From an uncultured Nitrospiraceae bacterium (GTDB taxonomy: Bacteria; Nitrospirota; Nitrospiria; Nitrospirales; Nitrospiraceae): 64,000 nt of DNA. The stretch spans positions 512,001 through 576,000 of the forward strand of contig CAVPLT010000004.1 in the NCBI GenBank assembly GCA_963706325.1, written 5' to 3'. The translations under genes and the position numbers were made by a program. Under the pieces are notes generated by a model. It worked only from the letters and a program-made list of their open reading frames with translations, ran no database searches and was not told where the DNA came from. Position 1 is the first letter of the stretch; the number at the start of each line of letters is the position of its first letter. Shown here one piece after another: positions 30,349-41,428 of the stretch.

Positions 30349-31431
30349 TCAGAAGTATCGGTTCAAAACCTGCGCGGCGTCCGCAGCGCCTGAGAGCGAT
30401 GGAGGAGGCGCCTGTGGGACGGGTTGACCGAAGGCCTGCCGTATGGCCTGTTCCCAACGTCCATCGAGAAAATCGGACAGCGAGAGTTCCGCGCCTCGGC
30501 CATAATGGTGGAGGTGATCGACTAGTGGTGGCTCATCCGCAAAGTTATACCGGCGCACATAGACCACGGCGGTGCCCAGCGCCACCGCCTCGACGATCGT
30601 TCCATATCCCGGCTTAGTCAGCACCATGTCTACGGAGGCCAACACTTCTCTGAACGGTAGCCCTACGGTGGCGAGTGACACCACGCGGCTGAAACCTGGC
30701 GGCACATGACCGTCGACGAGAAACCGGTAGGGATGCATCTGTTCCATGGCTTCGAACGGGAATCCGTGCAAGGCAATCCCGCCGAAACCGGCGAGAATGA
30801 TTCGATCCAACGGCGCCGCGCCGATGGCCGCGCGGAGTCGGGTGGTCTGTGGGGCGGCAGGCTCCGCGATCGGGCCGATATCAAGTACGTTCCGAAAGGC
30901 CGTCACGATCAGAGCGGGGGCCACGCGCAAAAAGCAGTCGGCCTGCGCATAGGCCTCACGGATCTCTCGAATGATCTCAGCCTGCTCGCCGACGGAGGAA
31001 TCAGCAAGAGGTTCCAGCACCAGATCCCAGGAGAGGGAGGACAGACCGATGGTGGGAATGCCAGCGGCGGCGCCGGCGGCCACGCCCAGGTGGGAGATAT
31101 CGGAGAGCACGCAATTGGGAGCGGCGGCACGGATGAGCGCGGCCTCAGCTTCGACCTTGTGTTTCCAGTCGGCATGCAACGTGCGATGGGCGGCCCAGGT
31201 GCCGGCGACGTCGATCTTCAGGGGGCCATCTTGGATGCAGCCCACATCCTGCTGTGCGGGGCTGACCTGCCAGGGAATGGTCAGGCGGGATTCGAAGAAG
31301 CCAGCTGGAACGGTCGTTCGCAGGACGGCGCTGAAGTTGGGCATCAGCCGTCCCAGCGCATTCAGCACCGGCGCCACTTGCGCGGCATGACCGTAGCCAT
31401 GACCGGAGATGGAACACCAGATCAGCGGCAT
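30349..31431 (-). CDS. GT-B glycosyltransferase-like protein
   Basis: ISGHGYGHA N-terminal motif and TKPGYGTIVEA...F.DEP nucleotide-sugar binding region. Confidence 0.75.
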   Translation of the reverse strand: MPLIWCSISGHGYGHAAQVAPVLNALGRLMPNFSAVLRTTVPAGFFESRLTIPWQVSPAQQDVGCIQDGPLKIDVAGTWAAHRTLHADWKHKVEAEAALIRAAAPNCVLSDISHLGVAAGAAAGIPTIGLSSLSWDLVLEPLADSSVGEQAEIIREIREAYAQADCFLRVAPALIVTAFRNVLDIGPIAEPAAPQTTRLRAAIGAAPLDRIILAGFGGIALHGFPFEAMEQMHPYRFLVDGHVPPGFSRVVSLATVGLPFREVLASVDMVLTKPGYGTIVEAVALGTAVVYVRRYNFADEPPLVDHLHHYGRGAELSLSDFLDGRWEQAIRQAFGQPVPQAPPPSLSGAADAAQVLNRYF

Positions 31432-31435
31432 GGAT

Positions 31436-31558
31436 GGGGGCTGCAAAAGCCCCACAACATCGTTCTCGGCTTGGAATCATTCTCGCCGTACTTCCGAGTG
31501 AACGTCTCCGGGTCTTCGTCGCCCGCGGCCTCGTTGGATGGCCTTTTTGAGCACCCTG
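31436..31558 (+). repeat. Degenerate short copy of the MITE-like element
   Basis: GCTGCAAAAGCCC..CGTTCTCG...CGTAC...GCGGCCTCGTTGGATGGCCTTTTTGAGCACCCTG. Confidence 0.7.
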
Positions 31559-31589
31559 AAAGGGCTGTTCGGAAAAATCCCATCCCTGC

Positions 31590-31793
31590 TTAGCTATTCG
31601 ACGACACGTCGGATTCCAATGGGGCAATGTTGTATTGCAGTTCCAGGTCGAATTCATCGATCAACTCGTTGACCGCTTCGTAGCCCATATCCGAGCGGAC
31701 CTCGTTGATCACGAGTTCAATGGCCATGGCTGCGTGCTGCCCGTATTGGCTCATAGCGGATTCGATCCGCTGTCTGGCTGTATCAAGATTCAT
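31590..31793 (-). CDS. Small acidic hypothetical protein
   Basis: GGAGG RBS; 67 aa; co-oriented with TPR genes. Confidence 0.7.
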   Translation of the reverse strand: MNLDTARQRIESAMSQYGQHAAMAIELVINEVRSDMGYEAVNELIDEFDLELQYNIAPLESDVSSNS

Positions 31794-31810
31794 AGGACCT
31801 CCTGAACGAC

Positions 31811-32128
31811 TTATCCAAGCGTGCGTAACAGTTGTTGTAATTCCGGGACGAGATCGACTCCGCCGTTGGAGCGGCCGGAGACGGCGGCATCGATGCCGGC
31901 TTGCAACACCGGCTTGGCGGCGTCCTTCTTGCCAAGTGAAACCAATGCGCGCCCAAGCGCGAGATGCGAGGCCACGTGCGTCGGATCGAGCTGAGTGGCC
32001 ACGGTGAGATGCTCAACGGCCTCTTCTGCGCTGCCGCCCTCTTGTAGAATTTTATTTCCCAGGCCATAGCGGCCTAAAAATCCCTTCGGATTTTTCTCAA
32101 CCATTTGGCGAAAGGCACTGATATCCAT
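31811..32128 (-). CDS. Small TPR protein
   Basis: AAGGAG RBS; RYGLG...LDPTHVASHLALGRAL TPR pattern. Confidence 0.8.
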   Translation of the reverse strand: MDISAFRQMVEKNPKGFLGRYGLGNKILQEGGSAEEAVEHLTVATQLDPTHVASHLALGRALVSLGKKDAAKPVLQAGIDAAVSGRSNGGVDLVPELQQLLRTLG

Positions 32129-32190
32129 GAGGCTCCTTCGGAAGCGTAAGTAGCTTATGACACGACGGCGGATTGTACCATTGGCCTTGT

Positions 32191-32976
32191 TCAATCGGCT
32201 ATGGGTCGTTCAGCTTTGACGGCACGGAGTCGCGCGAGTCGTTCGCGATCGGCGGCGGCCGGCGCTCGTCCCGTTCCCAGCGCCAGGTGATGCAGCCGCT
32301 CCACACAGCGGATCGCTGCGATCGTATCCCGCCGTTGCTCGTAGAGATCGGCCAATTCTCGGAGCACGGCTGTTTCGCCGGTCGGATTGCCCAGCTTGAT
32401 AAAATGTTCCGACGCATTGTTGAAACAGCGTTCGGCCTCCACCGGCCGGCCGCTCTCGAGAAACGTCTTTCCCAGCTGACTGTAGGTGCCGGCGAGGCCT
32501 TCTTCGTTGCCGACGACCCGATGAGAGTCCAGCGCCTGTTGAAACCACTGCACGGCCTCATCCCAATGCTGTTGTCGGCCTTCCTCCATTGCCAGGTTAT
32601 GGTAGAGGATGCCAAGGGCGCGATGATCATTGAGCGGCTTCAGCAGATCGAGCGCTTCCAGGTAGTAGGGGCGGGCCTTCTCGGGCCGGTCGGCCCCGAT
32701 GTAGAGATTCCCGAGATTGACGAGGGTGTGGGCAATGGCGTGTTGGTCCTGTTCGCTCCGTTGAATGTTCAGCACTTCCTTATAGCAGGCATCGGCTTTC
32801 TCCAACTCGCCGGCCAGGGCACAGGTATTGCCTAGATTGCCGAGACTGTTGGAGAGTTCGCGCTGAGATCCCGATGCCCGATCGTCCTTCACGGCCGCCT
32901 CCCAAGCGGCGCGCGCCTGGACGAGGTCTCCGCGATGGAGGAAAATGCGTGCGCGATGTTTGTCGTTTTCAGCCAT
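32191..32976 (-). CDS. Tetratricopeptide repeat protein
   Basis: Repeated SLGNLG / TLVNLG / LYHNLA / TYSQLG TPR_12-like units. Confidence 0.85.
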   Translation of the reverse strand: MAENDKHRARIFLHRGDLVQARAAWEAAVKDDRASGSQRELSNSLGNLGNTCALAGELEKADACYKEVLNIQRSEQDQHAIAHTLVNLGNLYIGADRPEKARPYYLEALDLLKPLNDHRALGILYHNLAMEEGRQQHWDEAVQWFQQALDSHRVVGNEEGLAGTYSQLGKTFLESGRPVEAERCFNNASEHFIKLGNPTGETAVLRELADLYEQRRDTIAAIRCVERLHHLALGTGRAPAAADRERLARLRAVKAERPIAD

Positions 32977-33052
32977 TTCTTTTGTGAAGCGCTAGTGGTG
33001 AGATGTGAGGCCTGGACACCCTCCCGAGATTCACCTCTTTCTTGAAGTGAAA

Positions 33053-33219
33053 CGGATGGTCAAAAGGGCCATTCAGCGAGGCCGCAGCAAATGAAGCGTC
33101 GAGCCGGGTCATTCTTACCCGCCCACCCCGAGCCTGCCAAGACAGGCTCTTTACCCGTATAAGTACGTCGAGCCGCTGAACGACGCGAGAACAAAGCTGG
33201 AGGTCCTTTTCACCATCCG
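33053..33219 (-). repeat. MITE-like element, medium form with one internal module
   Basis: Reverse complement reads CGGATGGTGAAAAGG...GTTCTCGCGTCGTTCAGCGGCTCGACGTAC..AGAGCCTGTCTTGGCAGGCTCGGGGTGGGCGGGTAAGAA..GCTGCGGCCTCGCTGAATGGGCCCTTTTGACCATCCG. Confidence 0.85.
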
Positions 33220-33642
33220 TCAATCGCCACCCTTGGGCGTGTCTTTCCTGAACTCCACCACGATGTCGTCCTCTTCGTCCAAGCCCAATCCGGCACGAAA
33301 CGACTCGAGTAGCTCAGACACGTAGGCGACGTGCCGTGGGTCTTTTCCCTCAGGCGAGGCCAGGTACGCTTCGGATAATCTCATCCCGGTCTGGAAGTGA
33401 CGGGCGATCGTTTCTTCCGTCACCTGCTGCCATGTGATGTAGATGCAGAAGGCCTGAAACGCGTGGGCCTGGGGATGCCGACCGGCCAGCGCGAGCAATT
33501 CCTCGTAGGCCTCGCGCGCCAGGGCGCCGGCGTTGGAAGAAAAGGTGCCTTCGAGTTCAACGGCCCGGTCCCAATCGGCACCGAGTTCAGCTTCCGATTC
33601 CTGAAGGGTATCTTGAGCGGCCAAAGCGGCATCGAATTGCAT
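33220..33642 (-). CDS. Hypothetical protein
   Basis: 140-aa helical ORF from MQFDAALAAQD. Confidence 0.7.
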   Translation of the reverse strand: MQFDAALAAQDTLQESEAELGADWDRAVELEGTFSSNAGALAREAYEELLALAGRHPQAHAFQAFCIYITWQQVTEETIARHFQTGMRLSEAYLASPEGKDPRHVAYVSELLESFRAGLGLDEEDDIVVEFRKDTPKGGD

Positions 33643-33849
33643 GGATGACTCTTTTCTGAAGCGTGAGGGTGAAGCGTCTATCAGGCACTTTTGTCTGCCG
33701 GATGCAGACAGGTCCTGCCTCAGCATACGCGGGGAGAGAAAAGCAGGTCAATGAGGGCTCACTCTTGAGTCGCTCGGGCGAGGCTTGTAGAGTGCACAGT
33801 CAGTCATCGGTTAACTCAGCACTATGCCTTGAAAGACTGGGAGGTGTTT

Positions 33850-34425
33850 ATGGCGGTCGAGTCGGTGATGTTGTCGCTTGGAACGAGCGCGCCTCCTTTT
33901 GCCTTACGCGATGTCGTGAGCGGGCAGGTCTATCAGCTGGACTCGTTTGTGAACAAGTCTGCGTTGCTGGTGATGTTTCTCTGCCGGCATTGCCCTTACG
34001 TCGTGCACGTCCAGGACGAAATTGCCAAGCTTGGGCGGGATTACGAGTCGAGCGGCTTGGGCATTGTAGGCATCAGCAGCAATGATCCGGGACATTATCC
34101 TGATGACGCGCCGGAGCGGTTGAAGGAGATGGCTCAGGGACTCGGTTTTCGATTTCCAATCTGCTTCGACGAGACTCAGGACGTCGCGAAAGCCTACAAG
34201 GCCGCCTGCACCCCTGATTTTTATCTCTTCGATAGGGAACGACGCCTGGTGTATCGCGGGCAGTTGGATGACAGCCGACCAGGTACCAACAAGCCGGTAA
34301 CCGGCCGTGATCTGCGCGCCGCGATCGAAGCGGTCTTGGGCGGTAAACCGGTGGAGGCCAATCAAAAAGCCAGCATCGGCTGCAGCATCAAGTGGAAGCC
34401 GGGCAAAGCGCCATCTTATGCCTGA
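33850..34425 (+). CDS. Thioredoxin/AhpC-TSA family protein
   Basis: GGAGG RBS; FLCRHCPYV, ACTPDF, YRGQLDDSRP and SIGCSIKWK motifs. Confidence 0.92.
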   Translation: MAVESVMLSLGTSAPPFALRDVVSGQVYQLDSFVNKSALLVMFLCRHCPYVVHVQDEIAKLGRDYESSGLGIVGISSNDPGHYPDDAPERLKEMAQGLGFRFPICFDETQDVAKAYKAACTPDFYLFDRERRLVYRGQLDDSRPGTNKPVTGRDLRAAIEAVLGGKPVEANQKASIGCSIKWKPGKAPSYA

Positions 34426-34589
34426 TGTTGAACCATCCCCGAGCCGAGAATCATGAAGTCGGCAGCAGAGTGTGGACTGGATCGCCGCCCTACGCTTTAG
34501 GAAACATTCCTGATGACCGATACAGAGAGCCGTGGCTCCGGGAGAGCCTGGAGGCAGTGCGCAGGTCGTGCGAAGGAGAATCGTTGGCC

Positions 34590-35447
34590 ATGGCATCGGC
34601 ACAAGAACTCGTCCAATCCTGCTCCACGATCTTTACCCTACCGGAAATTTACTTTCGAGTTCGTGATGTGGTGGACAGCCCTGACTCCAGCATGAACGAC
34701 CTGGCAAATGCTCTCAAAATAGATCCGGCAATTTCCGCTCGTGTCCTCAAGATCGTCAACAGCCCGCTCTACGGATTTCCTAAACAGGTCGACACGGTGA
34801 CCCGCGCCGTGAACCTCCTCGGCATGCAGGCCGTCCGCGACCTGGTCACGGCGACCACCATAGGCCGTCGCTTCTGCGGGATGACGACAGAAATCATGGA
34901 TCTCTCCGCCTATTGGCGCAAGAGCACTCTCTGCGCATTGATGGCGGCAAAGATTGCTAAAGCCTGCGGTATCCGAGACAGCGAGAGGTTTTTCATAGAA
35001 GGGTTGCTGCGGGATATCGGACACCTCATCCTCTACCAAACGATTCCCCAACGCGCACAAGCGGCGCTCATCGAAGCCGGCAATTTAGGGACGTCGCTGG
35101 CAGAAGTCGAGCAGGCAAGCATCGGTTGCGACTATACGGAAGTCGGCGCCGAACTTATTCACTCTTGGGGTATGCCTGCGCAGATCGAGCAGGCCATTCG
35201 TCATCAACTCAATCCCTACAAGGCGGGAGAACATATTCTGCATGCCTCGGTCGTTCACCTGGCGGGAGTCATCGCTGATCACCATGAAGTGGCGCCCTCC
35301 CATGGCGCCCAGACAGTGCCCTTTGATCCCTATGCGATGCAATTGACCGGCTTCAACCTGGATGAGCGGCCTGTTCTGCTTCAGGAAGCTCAGGAGCAAT
35401 TAGAAGCGACGCTCGTCCTATTTAGCCCGCACTCCAAGGCCGCCTAG
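34590..35447 (+). CDS. HDOD domain protein
   Basis: TLPEIY, DPAISARVLKIVNSPLYG and GLLRDIG (usual HD is RD here). Confidence 0.88.
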   Translation: MASAQELVQSCSTIFTLPEIYFRVRDVVDSPDSSMNDLANALKIDPAISARVLKIVNSPLYGFPKQVDTVTRAVNLLGMQAVRDLVTATTIGRRFCGMTTEIMDLSAYWRKSTLCALMAAKIAKACGIRDSERFFIEGLLRDIGHLILYQTIPQRAQAALIEAGNLGTSLAEVEQASIGCDYTEVGAELIHSWGMPAQIEQAIRHQLNPYKAGEHILHASVVHLAGVIADHHEVAPSHGAQTVPFDPYAMQLTGFNLDERPVLLQEAQEQLEATLVLFSPHSKAA

Positions 35448-35582
35448 GTCTAGGCGAGATCCGCGGCCGTCTGCTCCCTGCATACATGGTCGGTCGAAAT
35501 GAACGAGAGCTGGTCAGTGACGAGCGGGGTTGAGTGACCGTGATAGAAGGCGGCTTGCTGAAGCAGTAGGGTGAACATTCAC

Positions 35583-37718
35583 TCAGGATTTTTCGTGCAG
35601 TCGGAGCAGGGCGAGCGAGCGGGCATCGAGGTCGTACTGCAGCCCGCCCTTCAACAGGGTCACCGTCTTTTCGTGCCCTTTGGAGACGGCCGTGTCCAGC
35701 ACCGGTTGCCATCGCACACCGGGCTTGTGGGCAGGCAACGTAAACGGCCGCGGCTCGTGATGCGCATTGAGCAGCACCAAAAACGTTTCGTCCAGCACCG
35801 GTTTTCCTCTCGAGTCCTTTTCCTCGATTGCATGGCCCGCCAGCCGGACGCCTAGGCAGCGCACATACCCCAGAGCCCAATCCTCATCCGTCATCTCCTT
35901 GCCATCCGGACGGAGCCAGGAAATGTCCTTGACCTCCGCGCCGCGGATGCGGCGGCCCTGAAAAAAACGGCGACGCCGGAACACGGGATGGTGCTGTCTC
36001 AGTTGAATGAGGCTTCTTGTAAAGGCCACCAGCGCCTGCTGATGTTTGTTCAGGTTCCAATCGATCCAGCTGATCTCATTGTCTTGGCAATAGGCGTTGT
36101 TGTTGCCGCGTTGCGCTCGCCCCATTTCGTCGCCGCCACAGAGCATCGGCACCCCCTGAGACAAGAGCAGGGTGGCGAGCATGTTGCGCTGCTGCCGTTC
36201 ACGTAGCTCGACGACCGACGGTTTCGTTGTCGGTCCCTCCACCCCGCAATTCCAGCTAAGGTTATCGTCGGTGCCGTCGCGATTCTCTTCGCCATTGGCC
36301 TCGTTGTGTTTCTGGTCGTAGGAGACGAGGTCATGCAGCGTGAAGCCATCATGCGCGGTGACGAAATTGATACTGGCATGGGGCCGGCGGCCGCTGCCTT
36401 CATAGAGATCGTTGCTGCCCGAGAGCCGAGAGGCCAGCTCCGCCACCTGACCGCCGTCGCCTTTCCAGTAGCGCCTGATGGCGTCGCGGTACCGACCGTT
36501 CCATTCGGCCCACCCGGCGGGAAAGTTGCCGACCTGGTAGCCGCCCTCACCGAGATCCCATGGCTCGGCGATCAGCTTGACCTGCGAGAGCACCGGGTCC
36601 TGATGGATGATGTCGAAGAATGCGCTCAGCCGGTCTACGTCGTGCAGTTCCCTGGCGAGGGTCGAGGCCAGGTCGAACCGAAACCCGTCCACGTGCATCT
36701 CCAGCACCCAGTAGCGCAGGCTGTCCATGATGAGCTGCAGCACCCGAGGGTGGCGGACGTTGAGCGTATTGCCGCAGCCGGTATAGTCCAGGTAGTAACG
36801 AGGCTGGTCGGGCATCAGCCGGTAGTACGACGCATTGTCGATGCCGCGAAACGACAAGGTCGGGCCCAGGTGGCTGCCTTCTCCCGTATGATTGTAGACC
36901 ACGTCGAGAATGACCTCGATGCCGGCGCTGTGGAACGCCTTCACCATCGTCTTGAATTCCCATACTTGATGCGCCCGGTCGGAGGCGCTGGCGTATTGGC
37001 TGTCGGGCGCAAAAAAGCCGATGGAGTTATAGCCCCAGTAATTGGTGAGCCCGCGCTCGACCAAGTGTTTGTCCCGGATGAAATGGTGCACCGGCAGCAA
37101 TTCGACGGCCGTCACGCCGAGATTCTGCAGGTGCTCGATCACGGCCGGCGTCGCGAGTCCCGCATAGGTGCCGCGCAAGTTCTGGGGAATGTCCGGATGC
37201 CTCGCCGTAAAGCCCTTCACATGCAATTCATAGATCACCGTCCGATCCCACCGCGTCCGCAGTAGTTGATCGCCGCCCCAGGTGAAGGCCTGATCGATCA
37301 CTAAGCACTTCGGCATACGTTTGGCATTGTCTTCGTCGTTGCGGGATAGATCGGCCCGAGGGTCGCCTATGCTGTATCCGAAAAGCGATTCGGACCAATC
37401 GATTCCGCCGGCGATCGCCTTCGCATAGGGGTCCAGCAGGAGTTTGGCCGGATTGAAACGATGTCCGGCCTCCGGCTCATAAGGACCATGAACGCGGTAG
37501 CCATAATGCTGCCCCGGCCGAGCCTCCGGCAGGTAGACATGCCAGACGTAATCGGTGCATTCCTCGATCATGACTCGTTGTGAGGCCTCCGCCGCATCGG
37601 GTCCGTCGAAGAGGCAGAGTTCCACCGCCGTGGCATTTTCAGAAAAGAGGGCGAAGTTCACCCCCTCGCCATCCCAGGTGGCGCCGAGAGGGTAAGGATG
37701 TCCGGGCCAGATTCTCAT
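35583..37718 (-). CDS. glgX: Glycogen debranching enzyme
   Basis: [44 protein letters not shown] and AHDGFTL motifs. Confidence 0.97.
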   Translation of the reverse strand: MRIWPGHPYPLGATWDGEGVNFALFSENATAVELCLFDGPDAAEASQRVMIEECTDYVWHVYLPEARPGQHYGYRVHGPYEPEAGHRFNPAKLLLDPYAKAIAGGIDWSESLFGYSIGDPRADLSRNDEDNAKRMPKCLVIDQAFTWGGDQLLRTRWDRTVIYELHVKGFTARHPDIPQNLRGTYAGLATPAVIEHLQNLGVTAVELLPVHHFIRDKHLVERGLTNYWGYNSIGFFAPDSQYASASDRAHQVWEFKTMVKAFHSAGIEVILDVVYNHTGEGSHLGPTLSFRGIDNASYYRLMPDQPRYYLDYTGCGNTLNVRHPRVLQLIMDSLRYWVLEMHVDGFRFDLASTLARELHDVDRLSAFFDIIHQDPVLSQVKLIAEPWDLGEGGYQVGNFPAGWAEWNGRYRDAIRRYWKGDGGQVAELASRLSGSNDLYEGSGRRPHASINFVTAHDGFTLHDLVSYDQKHNEANGEENRDGTDDNLSWNCGVEGPTTKPSVVELRERQQRNMLATLLLSQGVPMLCGGDEMGRAQRGNNNAYCQDNEISWIDWNLNKHQQALVAFTRSLIQLRQHHPVFRRRRFFQGRRIRGAEVKDISWLRPDGKEMTDEDWALGYVRCLGVRLAGHAIEEKDSRGKPVLDETFLVLLNAHHEPRPFTLPAHKPGVRWQPVLDTAVSKGHEKTVTLLKGGLQYDLDARSLALLRLHEKS

Positions 37719-37880
37719 GCGTCGGTCAGGCTCCTTGTGATAGATAGCTCCAACGGATTTGCGCTCGCGGTGGCGCCTGAGTCAGTATCATACAATGAAA
37801 AAGCCCACCGCACTCAATGGTGCCGATGCGGACGATCATGTTTTCCGGCACACAGTCACTTGCTCGGGGGAGTAGAACGA

Positions 37881-38477
37881 ATGCGCAGTGTTTCCTTGCT
37901 CATCATCGATGACGATCCCATTCACCTCAGCACGCTGGCGTCGACGTTACGCCTCAGGTTGCCTGATGCGCAGGTCGAGACCGCAGAGGCTGCGTTGGCC
38001 TCGCTCAAGCGCATCCGAGCCCATGAATATGACGCCGTCCTCTGCGACGGACACCAACCGGGCATGGAAGGCGTGGCCTTCGCGCGAGCCATGCGTAAGC
38101 TTCACCCGCAGACGCCGGTGTTACTGCTCCTCGAAAAAGACGATCAGGATTTCATCAGGCAGGCGATGGAGGCAGGGGCCTACGATGTCGTGGTGAAACC
38201 GATCGGTGAGAGCACCTTACTCCTCTCCGTCCACCGCGCCCTTGAGGCGCACCGGCTACGAGGCCAAGTCAAACGAGAACAGGAAGAGCTCGTGACGACC
38301 CTGACCGAACTGCTGAAAGATCTCGAACATCTCTATGGCGCCGATGGATTGTCGGCCCACTTCACTGCGTTCCTGGACCAGGTCCATCAGGAGAGGGAGG
38401 CTGCCCGCAAGAACCACTCATTCAACCACGGTTCCAATGGGGGGAAAATCAGCGAGGCGAAGGAACCAGGCAAGTGA
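37881..38477 (+). CDS. Response regulator receiver protein
   Basis: LIIDDD, VLCD and GAYDVVVKP motifs with helical C-terminal extension. Confidence 0.85.
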   Translation: MRSVSLLIIDDDPIHLSTLASTLRLRLPDAQVETAEAALASLKRIRAHEYDAVLCDGHQPGMEGVAFARAMRKLHPQTPVLLLLEKDDQDFIRQAMEAGAYDVVVKPIGESTLLLSVHRALEAHRLRGQVKREQEELVTTLTELLKDLEHLYGADGLSAHFTAFLDQVHQEREAARKNHSFNHGSNGGKISEAKEPGK

Positions 38478-38502
38478 CCCTGTCCCGCTGGATGACGTAC
38501 TC

Positions 38503-38790
38503 CTAAAGTTTGGCGTACGCCTCATCGCATTGCCGGGCCATGGCGAAATCCTTGTCCGTAATGCCGCCTTCGTCATGAGTGGTGAGTTTCAACGTCACCT
38601 TGTTGTACCGGATGTCGATATCCGGGTGATGCCGGCTCTTCTCCGCGCGCTTCGCCACGCGCGTCACGAACTGCAGACCTTGCATGAATTCTTTGAACTC
38701 GTACGTGCGAAGCAAGATTTGTCCGCGCTTCGACCACTTGGGGATGGACTTCAATTCCAATTGGATTTCCTTCAGTTTCATTGCCGACAT
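38503..38790 (-). CDS. Pterin-4-alpha-carbinolamine dehydratase
   Basis: HHPDIDIRYNKVTLKLTTHDEGGITDKDF signature. Confidence 0.92.
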   Translation of the reverse strand: MSAMKLKEIQLELKSIPKWSKRGQILLRTYEFKEFMQGLQFVTRVAKRAEKSRHHPDIDIRYNKVTLKLTTHDEGGITDKDFAMARQCDEAYAKL

Positions 38791-38807
38791 TTTCAAGGCT
38801 CCTTTTT

Positions 38808-39122
38808 TCAATGATTTCGTTTGCGGCGAGTTCCTGCTCCTAGCGCGGGACTCCGCTCGACCGACAGCAGCCACTGCGCCTGCGTGACCGCGTCGAGGAG
38901 CGCATTCCGTTCCGCTTCCGTTTTTTTCAATTTCGGCGCACCGTTCACGAATCGTTCGGCCGCTTCCATCAAGGTCTGCAGGATCTTGCTCATCTCGCTC
39001 TGCGCGGCGTCACGGCTCGAGCCAGGCTTCTGGGCGCGCGCCTGTCTCCTTCGGGGTCCGACATAGGGCTGCGGCGCCAAGGGATTATCTTTTTCCAACT
39101 CGGGTCGTCTCGATCTCGCCAT
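38808..39122 (-). CDS. Hypothetical protein
   Basis: GGAGG RBS before ATG; co-oriented with the dehydratase gene. Confidence 0.55.
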   Translation of the reverse strand: MARSRRPELEKDNPLAPQPYVGPRRRQARAQKPGSSRDAAQSEMSKILQTLMEAAERFVNGAPKLKKTEAERNALLDAVTQAQWLLSVERSPALGAGTRRKRNH

Positions 39123-39444
39123 ACGTCCTCCAACTCAACCACACCATCCGACGGCACACTCTAGCCGATCTCAGACCCCATTTGCACTGCATCGAGCACA
39201 CAGGGGTCATGATCAGAGGGCAGCGGTCGCGGCACAGACTTGCACAGGTTACGATTTCCATGCTTAGTGGTGAAACTCCTGGTATGCCGATCCACAAGGG
39301 GTATGACCTGTTCAAGCCAGGGGTTCATCTAGTCGTGGTCAAGTGCGGCAGGAGCTAATAATACATCCCAAGAGAGGTAAGGTTGCGAGACTGATCTACA
39401 AAAGAGAGAGCAGCGTTCTCAGATCCTAACGGGAGGTGGTCGCC

Positions 39445-39627
39445 ATGCAGAAGCAAGTTGAGCGCCCGATTCGTCGAACCCAGACGCAAAATAGCAACAG
39501 TGAGAGTCAGGAAGTCTGGCCCCTGTCGGCGCGCCAGTTCATGAAGCTGCCGGTGTCGGGGCTACTGTCAACCGGCAAACGGCTGACGTTCGCACGTCTC
39601 AGCGCACCGCCGGATCAAGCGGTGTAG
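39445..39627 (+). CDS. Small hypothetical protein
   Basis: GGGAGG RBS then ATG; 60 aa. Confidence 0.45.
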   Translation: MQKQVERPIRRTQTQNSNSESQEVWPLSARQFMKLPVSGLLSTGKRLTFARLSAPPDQAV

Positions 39628-39660
39628 GGGCGGCTCAGCGGCGCCCCGGTGGAGGGATAC

Positions 39661-39855
39661 ATGGATGTCATGCGCAGACCGATCAACGTCTACTGGTCCT
39701 GGGTGTTTCTGGGCTTGTCGTTCGTCGCTCTTCTGGCGAGCCTTTCGGGCTTCGCAGGTACCGCCACGACGCTGTCGTACGTGGTATTTCTGCTGTTCTT
39801 CATCGCCTATCTTGTGAGCTTCTTCGTCGCCCGCAGACCGCCGCCTATTGGGTGA
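39661..39855 (+). CDS. Small two-TM membrane protein (DUF1328-like)
   Basis: WSWVFLGLSFVALLASLSGFAGTATTLSYVVFLLFFIAYLVSFF; GGAGG RBS. Confidence 0.7.
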   Translation: MDVMRRPINVYWSWVFLGLSFVALLASLSGFAGTATTLSYVVFLLFFIAYLVSFFVARRPPPIG

Positions 39856-40022
39856 GCGTTTTCACGCCGACCGCTGCCGGTGCGAGCTCAGGTTCAACGG
39901 CGTCCTTGGCAGTTTCCTCAGGCTAACTCTTACCTACCACATTCGAATCGACAACATTGCCGCTAGCGCCGCCAAGGTTTCGGCCGGTGGATTGAATGCG
40001 CGCTGAGTCGATCCTGCCGCGC

Positions 40023-41426
40023 TCAATCCAGCACCGCCTTCTTCAAATCCTCCACCAGCAAACCGAACAATCGATCCTGCGCCGATCCGTCACGTGCCCG
40101 GAGAATGCTGGAGGGATGATAGGTGAGCAAAATGCGGGACGAGTACCGGCTGCTGAAAAATTGACCGCGCTGCCGCTCCATGGACACCTGCCCGCCGATC
40201 AGTGATTGCGCCGCCGTTTTACCTAGGCAGACGACGATTTTCGGCTGTACCGCGTTGAGTTCCGCTTCGAGCCAAGGCCGGCAAGCGACAATCTCGGACG
40301 GTCTCGGGGCTTGATGTCGCCGCCGACGGCCTTCCAATACGAAGCGGAAATGTTTCACGGCATTGGTCACATAGAGCTGTGAACGATCGAGTGCCGCCCG
40401 TTCCAGAGCCTGGTTCAACACCTCGCCGGCCGGCCCGATAAAGGGCTCCCCGGCCAGATCCTCCTGATCGCCCGGCTGTTCTCCGACGAGCATGATACGC
40501 GCCTCGGACGGGCCGCGCCCGAAGACGGTCTGGGTCGCGGCAAGATGGAGCTCGCAGCCGGTGCAGCCGGCGGCGGCCTGGGCCAGCTCGGGTAGCGTGC
40601 TGACCATGGGCAAAGAGGCCATGTGCTGACGCATGTCCATCACGTGGCCCACGCTGGCGCGCACCGCCTGAGTGAGTGGGGTGATGAGGCGAGATTCGGG
40701 AAGGCTTTTCCAAAATCGTCCGGGTAACTGCGCCTGCATCGCCGTGGGATTGATGCGGGCTGGGTTGAATGTCGCCGCATAATAGGCACGCCAGACCGCT
40801 TCGAGCGTATCGTCGGTGAGCGTCTCTCGCTGCGTCACTCCCGAGTCGAATCGCACAGTCTCACCATCCCAATGCGCCGAGGCATCGGGGGTCAAAATCG
40901 ACCAGCGCAGGGCGGCAAACCGTTCCACAAAAAACGGAGCCGCGAGCGGCAGGACGGGATGATCCGGCTGATGCCAGGCGACATAATGATCTCCTGACTC
41001 ATCGGTGATCTTTCGAAACCGTACGAAGGCCTTCATGCGATAGGCATCTCGGTGGACCTGCCGCTGCATCGCAAGCAGGCGAGCTGTTTCGTCGTCCACT
41101 TCAATCGCCAGCAAACTGGGCTCGGTCGAGGTGAGCCGCCACAAGATTGAATAGAGCAAAGGCCACTTCGTCCTATCACGATGGTGCGCCACGTTCTTCA
41201 GGAAGCTGCGAAAATCTTTGGGAACGAATGGGGGACGGGTAGAGCGGAACGCGGGAGGGTCCGGCGTTGCGTGGCCCTGGCCGTCGGCGAAAAGGCCCGG
41301 CAAGGCTGGCTGCTCAGCCGTGGTTTCCGTCCAGAGGATGTCGGAAGGCTTGCGCCCGCCGGACAATTGTTCGAGGGCCGCCGCCAGCCATCCGTCGGGC
41401 GTGGGATCGAAGCAGACTTCACGCAT
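40023..41426 (-). CDS. DUF4130 (TIGR03915-like) protein fused to UdgX-type uracil-DNA binding domain
   Basis: N-terminal MKAFVRF, WSILTP, WRAYYAATFNPAR; C-terminal CTGCEL, VGEQPGDQED, PFIGPAG, TNAVKHF, RRRRH, HPS. Confidence 0.9.
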   Translation of the reverse strand: MREVCFDPTPDGWLAAALEQLSGGRKPSDILWTETTAEQPALPGLFADGQGHATPDPPAFRSTRPPFVPKDFRSFLKNVAHHRDRTKWPLLYSILWRLTSTEPSLLAIEVDDETARLLAMQRQVHRDAYRMKAFVRFRKITDESGDHYVAWHQPDHPVLPLAAPFFVERFAALRWSILTPDASAHWDGETVRFDSGVTQRETLTDDTLEAVWRAYYAATFNPARINPTAMQAQLPGRFWKSLPESRLITPLTQAVRASVGHVMDMRQHMASLPMVSTLPELAQAAAGCTGCELHLAATQTVFGRGPSEARIMLVGEQPGDQEDLAGEPFIGPAGEVLNQALERAALDRSQLYVTNAVKHFRFVLEGRRRRHQAPRPSEIVACRPWLEAELNAVQPKIVVCLGKTAAQSLIGGQVSMERQRGQFFSSRYSSRILLTYHPSSILRARDGSAQDRLFGLLVEDLKKAVLD

Positions 41427-41428
41427 GG

